32,000 nt of DNA from Pyrobaculum calidifontis JCM 11548 (lineage in GTDB: Archaea > Thermoproteota > Thermoprotei > Thermoproteales > Thermoproteaceae), in the NCBI RefSeq assembly GCF_000015805.1, contig NC_009073.1, forward strand, positions 1,860,001-1,892,000, read 5' to 3'. Shown here piece after piece: positions 24,016 to 32,000 of this stretch; positions within the stretch are counted from its first letter, which is position 1; every line of letters begins with the position of its first letter. Made by a program: the position numbers and the translations under genes. The notes beneath the pieces are model-generated. The model saw only the letters and a list, made by a program, of their open reading frames with translations, did no database searches and was not told where the DNA came from.

Positions 24016-24746
24016 TATCGCTTGGCTAATTTAGCTACGACAGCCGCCATTAGCAGTAGGGCCACGACTACGGCTAACAGTGCCAAGGCGTAGCCGCCGA
24101 AGGCTATGGCAGTTTCAGTTACCGTGGTAGTGGTGGTTACCGTGTACGTGACAGGCTCCTTTTGCGTTACCGTATGCGTAACCACCACTGTATCTGTCAC
24201 AGTTTTGGTGACCGTCACCGTGGCTGTGACTGTGTTTGTGGTCGCCACCGTAGTGGTGGAAGTCTGAGTTACTGTGACGGTGACGGGGGTTACGCTGGTC
24301 GTCGCCTTAGGCGCAGCGGCCTTGGGCAAGTAGAGGGGCCACGGCGGGTGGAACTCGTTGGGGTAGTCCACGTATGCGGCGTAGCCGCGCTCGACGAGCC
24401 ACTGGTTTACGTTCAGCCAATGCGTCTCGTTGTAGTCGAGGTACGCCACAGCGACGAAGCGTCCATATCTGTCGGTCTTGTACAAGTCGTCTATGTCTAG
24501 ACAGACCCGCCTCCCCAGGAGGAGGGCCTCAAGCGCCGCCTTGGCCCTCTGCCCCTCAGCAGTAGAGAGCTCGGGAGCGTCGACGTCGGCCAGCCTAACC
24601 CGCTCGGGCAAGCCAGACACATAGAACGTGTCCCCATCGACGACCCTAGTGACTACGCCGCAGTGCTCCTCAACTGCGCCAAACGTTGGGACTGCAAACA
24701 ACAGCGCAAGAGCGACAACAGCGGCAAACAAGCCCAACCTCAACAC
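24015..24746 (-). CDS. staphylococcal-nuclease-like thermonuclease with signal peptide, Thr/Val-rich stalk and C-terminal TM anchor
   Basis: Signal-like MLRLGLFAAVVALALLFAVPTFG. SNase core VVDGDTFYV...RVRLADVDAPE....DRYGRFVAVAYL. About 64 aa of T/V low complexity. C-terminal hydrophobic helix followed by KLAKR. Confidence 0.8.
   Translation of the reverse strand: MLRLGLFAAVVALALLFAVPTFGAVEEHCGVVTRVVDGDTFYVSGLPERVRLADVDAPELSTAEGQRAKAALEALLLGRRVCLDIDDLYKTDRYGRFVAVAYLDYNETHWLNVNQWLVERGYAAYVDYPNEFHPPWPLYLPKAAAPKATTSVTPVTVTVTQTSTTTVATTNTVTATVTVTKTVTDTVVVTHTVTQKEPVTYTVTTTTTVTETAIAFGGYALALLAVVVALLLMAAVVAKLAKR
24111..24302 (-). repeat. low-complexity Thr/Val-coding tract (ACC/GTN repeats)
   Basis: Encodes TTSVTPVTVTVTQTSTTTVATTNTVTATVTVTKTVTDTVVVTHTVTQKEPVTYTVTTTTTVTE. 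On the plus strand it appears as reiterated GTGAC/GGTNAC units. Confidence 0.8.
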
Positions 24747-24749
24747 ACC

Positions 24750-25694
24750 CTACTCTAGGCCAGCATCCGTGATGCGGTAGTCTATACGGACGTCCGGGGG
24801 CATGCCGGGGACGTCGAGAGGCCACATGTAGCCCTCCGCCTTGGCCTTATTCGGCCTAGCCATCATGAACCTGGCGTTTACCGCGTGCGCCAACACGTTT
24901 CCCCCGGCGGGCCTCTTGCCCACGGAAAAGGCCTCGGGGACGTCCATGACCTGGTTTGTGAGCACCGACGTTAGCCCAAACGTCCTGGCGTGTCTCCTCA
25001 GCCAATCCACGAGGTAGTGAATGCGTTGCTGTCTAGCCGCCAGCATCTCCCTCCCAACGAACTCGGCGCGGTACAGCGCAGTAATGGTGTCAATCACGGC
25101 GAGGCGGCAGCCCTCCGCTATGTGCCGTGGTAGGTCGAACTTGACGATTTGCTCAAGCTGAACCACGTTGGCCGGCTGATAAACGACGATTGCCTCTAAC
25201 GCCTTGTCGACGTCGAGGCCGAACCTCTTTGCCACTGCCTCGACAAGGCCGTCGTTGAACGTCCCCTCGGTGTCTATGTACACCACACGCGTCGTGAAGC
25301 CCTGCGCCAACGCCGCGACAGAGAGCTGGTGTGCCAGCATGGACTTGCCCGCGCCGAATTCCCCGGCGAATTCGTAGATGAAGGCTTCGCGGATGCCGCG
25401 CCAGGGAGTCTTCTCGTCGAATTCGGAGACTCCGGTCTTGAAAACGCGCCTCTGTTGCGAGCGGAGCTCCCTAGCCGTTAACGGCCTAGTCGTGCCGACG
25501 CGCTGAATTGCCTGTTGAAGGATTTTGACGGCGCGGTCGTACTCCACGCCAGCCTCCACCAGCTCCTCAACGGTGAACTCGGCCAAGTGCTCCACAGACG
25601 TAACCCCAAGCTCCCTAAGACGCTCAAGCGTCTTAGGGCCAACTCCCTCAAGCTCCTCTAGGGGGTCTCTTTCCCTCTTCTTGCTCATACCCAT
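24750..25694 (-). CDS. RadA/Rad51-family recombinase (N-terminal HhH domain + RecA core); either RadA itself or a divergent paralog
   Basis: The HhH region is LEELEGVGPKTLERLRELGVTSVEHLAEFTVEEL. Walker A is GEFGAGKS and Walker B is LAVIDT. ..ALYRAEFVGREMLAARQQ.. and ..TNQVM...GGNVLAHA.. parallel RadA. Several segments differ from the canonical archaeal RadA as I remember it (GEFGSGKTQ, ERGGL insert). TATA spacing favours the second ATG (25688). Confidence 0.75.
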   Translation of the reverse strand: MGMSKKRERDPLEELEGVGPKTLERLRELGVTSVEHLAEFTVEELVEAGVEYDRAVKILQQAIQRVGTTRPLTARELRSQQRRVFKTGVSEFDEKTPWRGIREAFIYEFAGEFGAGKSMLAHQLSVAALAQGFTTRVVYIDTEGTFNDGLVEAVAKRFGLDVDKALEAIVVYQPANVVQLEQIVKFDLPRHIAEGCRLAVIDTITALYRAEFVGREMLAARQQRIHYLVDWLRRHARTFGLTSVLTNQVMDVPEAFSVGKRPAGGNVLAHAVNARFMMARPNKAKAEGYMWPLDVPGMPPDVRIDYRITDAGLE

Positions 25695-25875
25695 ATCTCG
25701 TGGCCGGGTTTATACGTGTTAAGATAATGGGGCTTCCTAGTCTGTGTCTACGTATGTGGAAAGCCGTCTTATGGTTATTTTCGGCAACTTATGGGACTAG
25801 TCAATGGAACCGTCGTGTTCACGCCTCTGCGACATCTCACTTGAAGGCTGGCATTCCGCGAAGACCCCTGGGCAT

Positions 25876-26289
25876 TTACGGCTTCACGCCTATTCTCCTC
25901 GCCACTTCTTCCACTAGCCGGGCCACTCTCTCTATCGCCTTTTCCACTTGCTCTCTCTGGGCCCACCCCTCGTAGTAGTTTATGTGCATGGCGTTGGCCT
26001 GAGCCCACGCGTCGTGTACCCAGTCGCCGAGCTCCTCGGCCATCTTCTTGGCGTAGCGCCACAGCTCCCCGTGGGAGGCCAGCCTCTGGGAGTCCCGCCA
26101 ATAGGCGTAGGCCTTGACCGCCAGGGCCGCGGCCCCCCACGCCTTTTCGCTGGCCTGCCTGAGGTCCCCAGCCGCTAGCTCGGCCCTGGCCGCCTCAAGG
26201 AGGTCTAGGGCTGCCCTTGCATATTCCACAGCCCTCTGTGGAGGTCGGCGCCGCGGGTGAGCCAGTCCAGGAGGAGGTCCTCTAGGCAC
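25876..26289 (-). CDS. PaREP1-family helical domain protein (C-terminal portion of a split PaREP1 gene)
   Basis: ..AELAAGDLRQASEKAWGAAALAVKAYA....SHGELWRYA....WAQANAMHINYYEGW.. matches the PaREP1 domain pattern as I remember it. The first ~20 codons of the track ORF ([16 protein letters not shown]) look like out-of-frame sequence. An alternative start is the GTG at 26229. Confidence 0.7.
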   Translation of the reverse strand: MPRGPPPGLAHPRRRPPQRAVEYARAALDLLEAARAELAAGDLRQASEKAWGAAALAVKAYAYWRDSQRLASHGELWRYAKKMAEELGDWVHDAWAQANAMHINYYEGWAQREQVEKAIERVARLVEEVARRIGVKP

Positions 26290-26360
26290 ACCCCCTCGGC
26301 CTCGGCGGCGCGTCTAAGCGCCTCGGCGATGCGGCGGGGGAGCAGAAGGGCCTCCATCAT
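26205..26360 (-). CDS. 51-aa ribbon-helix-helix-like ORF (N-terminal portion of the split PaREP1 gene); not in the ORF track
   Basis: Hand translation gives [51 protein letters not shown]. The ATG overlaps the purP stop (ATGA). The ..[24 protein letters not shown].. segment resembles the N-terminal module of full-length PaREP1 proteins. Confidence 0.45.
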   Translation of the reverse strand: MMEALLLPRRIAEALRRAAEAEGVCLEDLLLDWLTRGADLHRGLWNMQGQP

Positions 26361-27397
26361 GTGGTAACCTCCTCCAGCCGCCCCTGCTGGGCTGCCTCTC
26401 TTATCTCCATGGCAATCCTCCTACCCATGGAGATGGGCCTACCGAAGTACAGCTTTGAATACTGCCCGCCCACGCCCAAGTAGACGTTTGTACCCCCGCC
26501 TATCCGAGGCGCCACGTCGTACACCACGAGGTCCAGCTGGGGGGTTACGATGAACTGGAGGGTGAATGGGCCAATTACCCCAGGCGGCACGAGCCTCCTC
26601 GCCGCTTCCACAAACCTATGCCCAACGTCGAACACCTTCTCCAGGAGGGACTCTCTTATGGTGGCCGGCTCGTGGCCCACTTCTATGTACCTAACCTCGG
26701 GGTTTAGCTCCAGTTGCTCTCTCGCTGGGAGGCGGTAGACGCCGTCTAAGTCGCTCTGTATCCTCCTGTCAAAGCTGTGGAGCTCAAGCCTCCTGCGTAG
26801 GGGGGAGTAGAAGTAGTTGGCGTTGAAGTGTGCGCCGAGGACTAGCTCCTCTATCGACGCGTGGTCGAGGTCCTCCAGCCTAATCACCCCCGCCTCTGCC
26901 AGCCTCTTGGCCTTCTTGTAGAGGTCGTCTCTGTCCCTCGCCACGAAGAACCCCCTCTCCACCCTCCTCTCCGCCTCCGGCATTTTAACGATCACAGGCC
27001 TGTCCACCTCGTCGGGTCTAAAGGTCCGGGGCCTCCTTATCCCCGCCTCGTCCAAGAGGCGGTAGTAGTTGTAGGGCCCCGTCCGCTCCTCCCACCTCAG
27101 CAGAAACCTATTGCCGAAGATGGGCACGGGGAACTCTCTCTCAATGGCGTCATAGCCCACATACACCGCGAAAGAGCGGTTTGGCACAAACACAGCCTCC
27201 TCCGCCTTCAACACGTCGACGATCTTCAATATGTCCCGGTAGTCCTCCAACACGATGAGCCTATCCACCACGGGGAACTCCCGATACGCCCTATCCCTCC
27301 CCCTCTTTGCAACGGCAATAGTCCTCAGCCCCTCGTCCCTGGCACCGTCCAACACATCCAAGGCGCTGTGAGAGGCAAGCACCGCCACCGAGACCAC
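26357..27397 (-). CDS. purP: 5-formaminoimidazole-4-carboxamide ribonucleotide (FAICAR) synthetase PurP
   Basis: N-terminal [20 protein letters not shown] and an ATP-grasp body of about 345 aa are typical of archaeal PurP. GTG start. Confidence 0.85.
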   Translation of the reverse strand: MVSVAVLASHSALDVLDGARDEGLRTIAVAKRGRDRAYREFPVVDRLIVLEDYRDILKIVDVLKAEEAVFVPNRSFAVYVGYDAIEREFPVPIFGNRFLLRWEERTGPYNYYRLLDEAGIRRPRTFRPDEVDRPVIVKMPEAERRVERGFFVARDRDDLYKKAKRLAEAGVIRLEDLDHASIEELVLGAHFNANYFYSPLRRRLELHSFDRRIQSDLDGVYRLPAREQLELNPEVRYIEVGHEPATIRESLLEKVFDVGHRFVEAARRLVPPGVIGPFTLQFIVTPQLDLVVYDVAPRIGGGTNVYLGVGGQYSKLYFGRPISMGRRIAMEIREAAQQGRLEEVTT

Positions 27398-27412
27398 GGC
27401 CTACACTCCCAC

Positions 27413-27435
27413 GGATAATAAAAACTTTAAAATTG
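27413..27435. promoter_or_regulatory. A/T-rich block with back-to-back TATA boxes for divergent purP and hemA
   Basis: GGATAATAAAAACTTTAAAATTG. One box is centred about 25 nt from GTG 27397 (minus strand) and the other about 25 nt from ATG 27452 (plus strand). Confidence 0.55.
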
Positions 27436-27451
27436 GGGCGGCGGACCTCGT

Positions 27452-28627
27452 ATGGACTTCCTCGCCCCCCTCTCCGCCGTCGTTTTAACCTACAGAGAAG
27501 TGGGAGGCGACGCGTTGGGGGCCCTCGCCGAGGAGATGCGAAAATGCGCCGAGGAGTTGGCCAAGGCCACGCCCATGTTCGTCCTCCACACATGTGGCAG
27601 AGTAGAGGTCTACCTATACGGCGCGTCGGAGGAGGAAGTGGCGCGGGTGGCCGCCCGCTACAGGCGCTTCGCCGAGGGAGTAAAGGTGCTTAGGGGGGCA
27701 GAGGCGGCTCGGCACCTCTTCGCAGTGGCGGCAGGCCTCGACTCCATGCTCATAGGCGAGACCGACATTCTGGGCCAGCTGGAGGAGGCCTACGACAGGC
27801 AGGTAAAGGCGGGGTACACCAGGGGGCTCCTCAAGACGGTGGTGGAGAGGGCGGTGAGAGTGGGGAAGCGGGTGAGGACAGAGACGGGAATTTCCAGGGG
27901 GCCCAGAGGCCTCGGCTCCCTGGCGGTGATGTACGTGTCGAGGATGTTGGACCTCAGAGAGGCCTCTGTCGCAGTCCTCGGCGCGGGGGCAGTGGGAGCG
28001 GGACTGGCCATGGAGCTCGCGGCCAGGGGGGTCAAAAGGCTCGTCGTCCTAAACCGCACCTATGAAAAGGCAGTGGAAGTGGCCAACAGAGTGGGAGGCG
28101 AGGCGAGGCCCCTCACAGAGGAGGAGGTGGAGAAGTGCCTCGCCGAATGCGACGTGGTCTTCTCCTCAGTCCACACCCTCCAGCCGGTTATCAAGCGCGT
28201 CCCCCCGGAGGCCAGAGTCAAGGTAATCGTCGACCTCGGCGTCCCCAGCTCCGTGGTCCCCAACCTACCCGTCGCCGTGGTCAAAATAGAGGACTTGAGA
28301 GAGCTGGCAGAGGAGTACAACAGGGAAAGGGCAGGGGAGGTGGAAAAGGCCTGGGCCATCGTGGATGAGGAGGTAGCCCGCCTGCCCAGACTGCTTGCCA
28401 GGCGCTACGTGGAAGAGGCAACATCCGCCATAATGGCCCAGGCCATGGCCGCCGCAGAGGAGGAGGGGAAGCGGGCCGGGTGCGACACAGCTGTCCTAGC
28501 CGCCAAAACCACAGTCAAGAGAACCCTACTTCCCCTAATTACAAAACTCAAGGAAATGGCTGAAAACGGTAAAGCGGAAGAAGCCGCAAAACTCATCCAA
28601 CTCCTACAAGAAGCCTTGCAATCTTAA
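27452..28627 (+). CDS. hemA: glutamyl-tRNA reductase
   Basis: Catalytic-Cys region [22 protein letters not shown], and NADPH-binding [31 protein letters not shown]. Confidence 0.9.
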
Positions 28628-28658
28628 TACATCTAAAAAATGCAAGATCTCCTCTACT

Positions 28659-29573
28659 TTATCTCGGCGGTGATAGTGAGCTTGTTATCACAACGTGACA
28701 GGGATCCTCATTGCGCTTATGTCTTAGCAACAGCCAACGGTATATCACCCTATGTCTCCACTTGTCTATCCCTCGCTGTAGCGCTAACCGCAGTCCGTAC
28801 GCCTTTGCAGAATAATAGACGTAGCCGGGTAAGCCGAGGAGTGCCTTTAGGAAGCTACGCCACGACACGGGCTCTAGCTTAAGGGCAGAGGAGACGTAGG
28901 CCATTATGTAGAAGTCAGCCCTCTCATAACCCCCAGTCGTCTCATCACGTAAGTGGTCTCCACCCGTCTTGACTATCCGCCACTCCCACCCTTTGCACTC
29001 CACATATTTCTTAACCCATGCGTCTTCAAACACGTTAAGCCAGGGCGGTATCTTAACCCCCTCCAACGCGCGTCTCCTCAGGAGCGTGTCATGGAGCCCA
29101 CCTCTCACTTTGAAGTTCTCAATTGCATGAGTCACCTCGTCAAATCCCCTGACTCTCACCCACGCCGCTCTCTCCTGCCATCTCGGCGTATAGTCAATTC
29201 CCCACACAAGGCCAACGCGGGGCTCTTCCACATAGCCCCGCGCCTCTTCCCACCAGCCGCTTCTCAATATGAAGTCATCGTCTAGGAAGAAGAGCCACTC
29301 GTCACTGAACCGCTCGAAGAAGATGTCAATGGCGGTCTGCCTAGCAGTGGCACGGGTGGGCTTGTGCCACCCGTACAGCCTGCTTCTCTCCACAACAAGC
29401 TCTTTCCCATGCGCATCGGCAAAGCGTTTTACAAATTCCCTCGTCTTAGGCGTATCGGAGTCGTCTACGAGGATTATGGCGCGGTAAGGCACTTGTAGCG
29501 AGGAGACCCAGACGGCCTCGAAATCCGCTCCCACCTTCTCCGCCGAGTTCTTCGTAATCATAGACAAAATCAT
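28659..29573 (-). CDS. glycosyltransferase family 2-like protein
   Basis: N-terminal ..SMITKNSAEKV...AIILVDDSDTPKT.. and a DxD-like LDDDF. A/T-richer than the flanks. Confidence 0.65.
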   Translation of the reverse strand: MILSMITKNSAEKVGADFEAVWVSSLQVPYRAIILVDDSDTPKTREFVKRFADAHGKELVVERSRLYGWHKPTRATARQTAIDIFFERFSDEWLFFLDDDFILRSGWWEEARGYVEEPRVGLVWGIDYTPRWQERAAWVRVRGFDEVTHAIENFKVRGGLHDTLLRRRALEGVKIPPWLNVFEDAWVKKYVECKGWEWRIVKTGGDHLRDETTGGYERADFYIMAYVSSALKLEPVSWRSFLKALLGLPGYVYYSAKAYGLRLALQRGIDKWRHRVIYRWLLLRHKRNEDPCHVVITSSLSPPR

Positions 29574-29590
29574 TATGTCGAAAAACAGCG

Positions 29591-29608
29591 ATGTTAAAAT
29601 ATCTTAAA
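29591..29608. promoter_or_regulatory. A/T-rich TATA elements between the divergent GT2 gene and the membrane-protein gene
   Basis: ATGTTAAAATATCTTAAA. The boxes are centred about 25 nt from ATG 29573 (minus strand) and ATG 29629 (plus strand). Confidence 0.5.
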
Positions 29609-29628
29609 CCCTCCTCTGGAGACCTCTT

Positions 29629-31023
29629 ATGCGATTTTCCAGTTCTAGGCTCTTAGCCTTTACCTCTGGTGGGTTAGCCCTATTGGCATCTCTTGTATTC
29701 TCGTTGTCTGTCTCTAGAAGGCTTCCGCCGAACGATTTGGCTGTGTTAAACTTAGTTAACTCGGCATACTCGATTGGAATTAATTTGATGTCTTATGTCA
29801 CCGGATGGTATCCCCGTGTTTTAGCTAAGGACCCGGGGGCCTATGGAAGCCTTTTCGCGGCTGGCCTTCTTACCGCCGGTGTGGCGTGGGCCGCGGCGGC
29901 GGGCTACCTCCTTCTCTTTGCCCACTACGGCGCGTGGGACCCCGCGCTCCTCGCCTTGCTGGGGGCAATGCTCGTGCTCTACGCCGTGCCGGCTGGGGCC
30001 TACCTCTCTGTTCACAGACAGCGCCTGGCGGCGGCGCTTGGGGCGGCGTCTCAGCTTGTGAAAATTGGGGGCGCCCTGGCCGTTAGACAGCACCCAACTG
30101 TGGAGGCGGTGCTCACAGTCAACGTGCTCATGTCTCTGCCCCAAGCTCTCGCCATTAGAGTCAAGCCGGCGTTTAGGGGTGCTCTCCTCACCTTATTCCG
30201 CCTCGTGAGGGGGGCGCCTTTTCAGACTCTGTCTCTGGCTACCACGGCGCTGGGCGGGCTTATGCAGTACGTGGTAGCGGCGGCGGGGGGCGCCGTCATG
30301 TTGTACTATGGGTTTGTGCTTTTCCAACTGTCAAAGATGGTATACCCCGCTCTCACCATTGTCCCCTTGATGTACGGCTCGCTCCTCACCGCGGCGGACA
30401 AGGAGAGGCGGGCGCTGGTGGACGGCGCCATTATTCTGTTCCTCTATGCGGTCCCCGCCGCGGTTATGCTCAAGGCACCTGAGGCCCTCTTGGCCGTGCT
30501 TAGGCCGCAGGAGCTGGGAAACGGTGAGCTCTTGGCCGCGATGCGGCTAAACGCAGTAGCGCTACTCCTCTCGGGGGTTCAGCTTCACGCGTGGAACGTC
30601 TTGTTGGGCGTTGAACCGAGGGAGATCCTCACGCTTAGGGATAGGCCGGCCAAGGCCCTCCTCCTCGACATCGCCTTCTTCCCCGCAAATGTGTTGCTGA
30701 CCTACGTGGCCGTGTCTAGGCTGGGGGCGGTGGGTCTCGTGGCGGCGAACGCCGCCGCCCTCGCCTACTCCGCCGTGGTTAGGCTCTACTATCTCCCAAT
30801 GTGGAAGCCACTCCTCGCGCTGTACCTCTCCCACTTCGCCGCGCTGGGCGCCGCCGTGCTGGTCCCCCCGCTCCCCCTCCAACCCTCTACTAATGTAGCC
30901 GTTGCGCTGGCTGTCGCCGCCGCCTATGCGCTGTACCTCGCCGCGCCCGTTGCAACCGTGCTCCTCGCCGCCTCGCCCGTCTACCGCCAGCTGGCCCTAC
31001 GCCTGTTAAATCGCCGACACTAA
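29629..31023 (+). CDS. polytopic membrane protein, possibly a Wzx/MOP-type oligosaccharide flippase
   Basis: 464 aa with about 12-14 hydrophobic helices, located between two glycosyltransferase genes. The assignment rests on context and topology only. Confidence 0.5.
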   Translation: MRFSSSRLLAFTSGGLALLASLVFSLSVSRRLPPNDLAVLNLVNSAYSIGINLMSYVTGWYPRVLAKDPGAYGSLFAAGLLTAGVAWAAAAGYLLLFAHYGAWDPALLALLGAMLVLYAVPAGAYLSVHRQRLAAALGAASQLVKIGGALAVRQHPTVEAVLTVNVLMSLPQALAIRVKPAFRGALLTLFRLVRGAPFQTLSLATTALGGLMQYVVAAAGGAVMLYYGFVLFQLSKMVYPALTIVPLMYGSLLTAADKERRALVDGAIILFLYAVPAAVMLKAPEALLAVLRPQELGNGELLAAMRLNAVALLLSGVQLHAWNVLLGVEPREILTLRDRPAKALLLDIAFFPANVLLTYVAVSRLGAVGLVAANAAALAYSAVVRLYYLPMWKPLLALYLSHFAALGAAVLVPPLPLQPSTNVAVALAVAAAYALYLAAPVATVLLAASPVYRQLALRLLNRRH

Positions 31024-32000
31024 GTCGGCCAGCTTTTTGGCAAAGACGTCTAGTGTTAGACCCTTTGCCTTGGCGACGGAGGCGGCGGACGCGGCTTTCC
31101 AGGCCTTGGGGTCTGTGAGGAACTTGGCCAACTGCTCCACTGCCTCCTCAGCGCTTGCGTAGCCCAGCCCGGCCCCCTGGGCCAAGTCGCTCCACGTGCC
31201 TCCGCTTTTGTGGACCACGGGGGGTAGCCCCCTGGCCATGGCCTCGGCCACGGCTATCCCCCAGTGCTCGTTTATCGTGGCGTGGAAGAAGGCCCTGGCC
31301 CTGTCCATGGTGGCGTTTATCTCCCGCCTCGGGGCATTGGGGATTAGGCGGACGGCGTGTGCCACGCCGCTTTTCTCAGCCAGCCTCTTCACCTCCTCCA
31401 TGTAGGCCCTCAGCGTGGGCGTGGCGGCGCCGCCGAAGATGTACAGCATTGCGCCCGGCACCTCTTTCACGAGGCGCGGCGCCACCTCTGTGACGGCCCA
31501 GTGGTAGCGCTTCTCCTGCGAGAAGCGGCCCAGCATAACCACGGCGGGCTCCCTCTCCTCGAAGGGCCTAGGCGACTCCACCACCTCTACGTTGGGCGCA
31601 ATTGGGGGGTTGAGGACGGTTGGCCTCTCCCCATATACCTCCTTGGCCACGTCGGCGGTCCAGCTTGAGTTGGCGAGGACTAGGCTGGCGTAGTGGAAGG
31701 GGTTCTCCCTGGCGTACCTTGGCAACAGCTTGACGTAGATGCGCCAGTAGAGGCTCAGCGGGAAGCGGGAGTAGCGCTCTGTTATGTAGGGATCCTCCCC
31801 ATAGGCCAGGCCGGTGCCCCTGAAGCGGGGGTCTATGAACACCTCGAAGGGGAAGTGTATGTACTCCACCAGGGGCGCCGCGCCGGCGATGGGCTTATAC
31901 GCCACCTCGTCTGTGAAAATGAGCCGCGGCCTGTACTTCTCAACGGCCCTCTTGGCCGGCAACCACACCAGGAGCCTGGCCCAAAGGCCGAAGGCCTTGG
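31006..32000 (-). CDS. glycosyltransferase family 4 (GT-B) protein, 5' end beyond the window
   Basis: ..VVMLGRFSQEKRY....IFGGA......NEHWGIAVAEAMARGLPPVVHKSGG.. is the GT4 C-terminal E-x7-E-type region. The reading frame stays open to position 32000. Convergent 18-nt overlap with the previous gene. Confidence 0.8.
   Translation of the reverse strand, partial: KAFGLWARLLVWLPAKRAVEKYRPRLIFTDEVAYKPIAGAAPLVEYIHFPFEVFIDPRFRGTGLAYGEDPYITERYSRFPLSLYWRIYVKLLPRYARENPFHYASLVLANSSWTADVAKEVYGERPTVLNPPIAPNVEVVESPRPFEEREPAVVMLGRFSQEKRYHWAVTEVAPRLVKEVPGAMLYIFGGAATPTLRAYMEEVKRLAEKSGVAHAVRLIPNAPRREINATMDRARAFFHATINEHWGIAVAEAMARGLPPVVHKSGGTWSDLAQGAGLGYASAEEAVEQLAKFLTDPKAWKAASAASVAKAKGLTLDVFAKKLADLVSAI

Noticed and set aside
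23028-24093. ORFs 23028-23441 (137 aa, plus), 23575-24093 (172 aa, plus) and 23657-23899 (80 aa, minus)
   Set aside because: The first runs straight through the tRNA-Trp gene on the opposite strand. The others are shadows of the SWIM gene.
26861-27593. 185-aa plus-strand ORF and 100-aa minus-strand ORF around the purP 5' region and the purP-hemA spacer
   Set aside because: The first is antisense to purP with a P/H/R-rich translation. The second spans the divergent promoter block and the hemA start in the wrong orientation.
1-32000. Searched by eye for CRISPR repeat-spacer arrays, IS/transposase genes, integrase genes and direct repeats of the tRNA-Trp 3' half
   Set aside because: I noticed no regularly spaced 24-37-nt repeats, no transposase or integrase-like ORF, and no second copy of GGGCCGTAGGGGA. 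An exhaustive repeat search needs software, so absence is provisional.

Overview
Gene-dense, high-GC crenarchaeal chromosome segment, most consistent with Pyrobaculum/Thermoproteus (Thermoproteales). Supporting signs are two PaREP1-family genes, a stand-alone 5S rRNA, a tRNA-Trp with two non-canonical introns, A/T-rich TATA boxes about 20-27 nt upstream of apparently leaderless start codons, and many 1-4 nt gene overlaps. Recognisable housekeeping genes are: an ACT/UPF0210 pair, etfB-etfA, proteasome beta subunit, RNA 3'-phosphate cyclase, a NOG1-type GTPase, a DUF62 SAM hydrolase, an NAD-dependent epimerase, a PP-loop tRNA thiolase-like enzyme, TrpB2, a NifX-like protein, a RadA-family recombinase, PurP, HemA, and a GT2/flippase-like/GT4 glycosylation cluster. 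The part most worth a second look is 14.99-22.0 kb. It holds a helical protein tightly coupled to a YdjI-type SPFH protein with a duplicated C-terminal zinc ribbon. Next comes an A/T-richer block encoding a 717-725 aa secreted protein and two membrane proteins. Converging on these is an operon of a 63-aa coiled-coil protein and two paralogous zinc-ribbon, Gly/Ala-rich membrane-anchor proteins. I read this as a candidate uncharacterised membrane-associated module, by analogy to Bacillus pspA-ydjGHI, in a lineage that lacks ESCRT-III and FtsZ. This is hypothesis only. The second candidate is a tight operon next to the tRNA-Trp (23.4-25.7 kb): RadA-like recombinase, membrane-anchored extracellular SNase-type nuclease, SWIM zinc-finger protein. 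Other observations: a split PaREP1 gene start-coupled (ATGA) to purP, a decayed MFS transporter, a non-coding decayed stretch 3' of the tRNA, and TATA boxes shared by divergent genes that argue for shorter N-termini than the ORF track gives. No CRISPR array or clear transposase was seen. All calls come from reading the sequence and from remembered family motifs. No database search was run.
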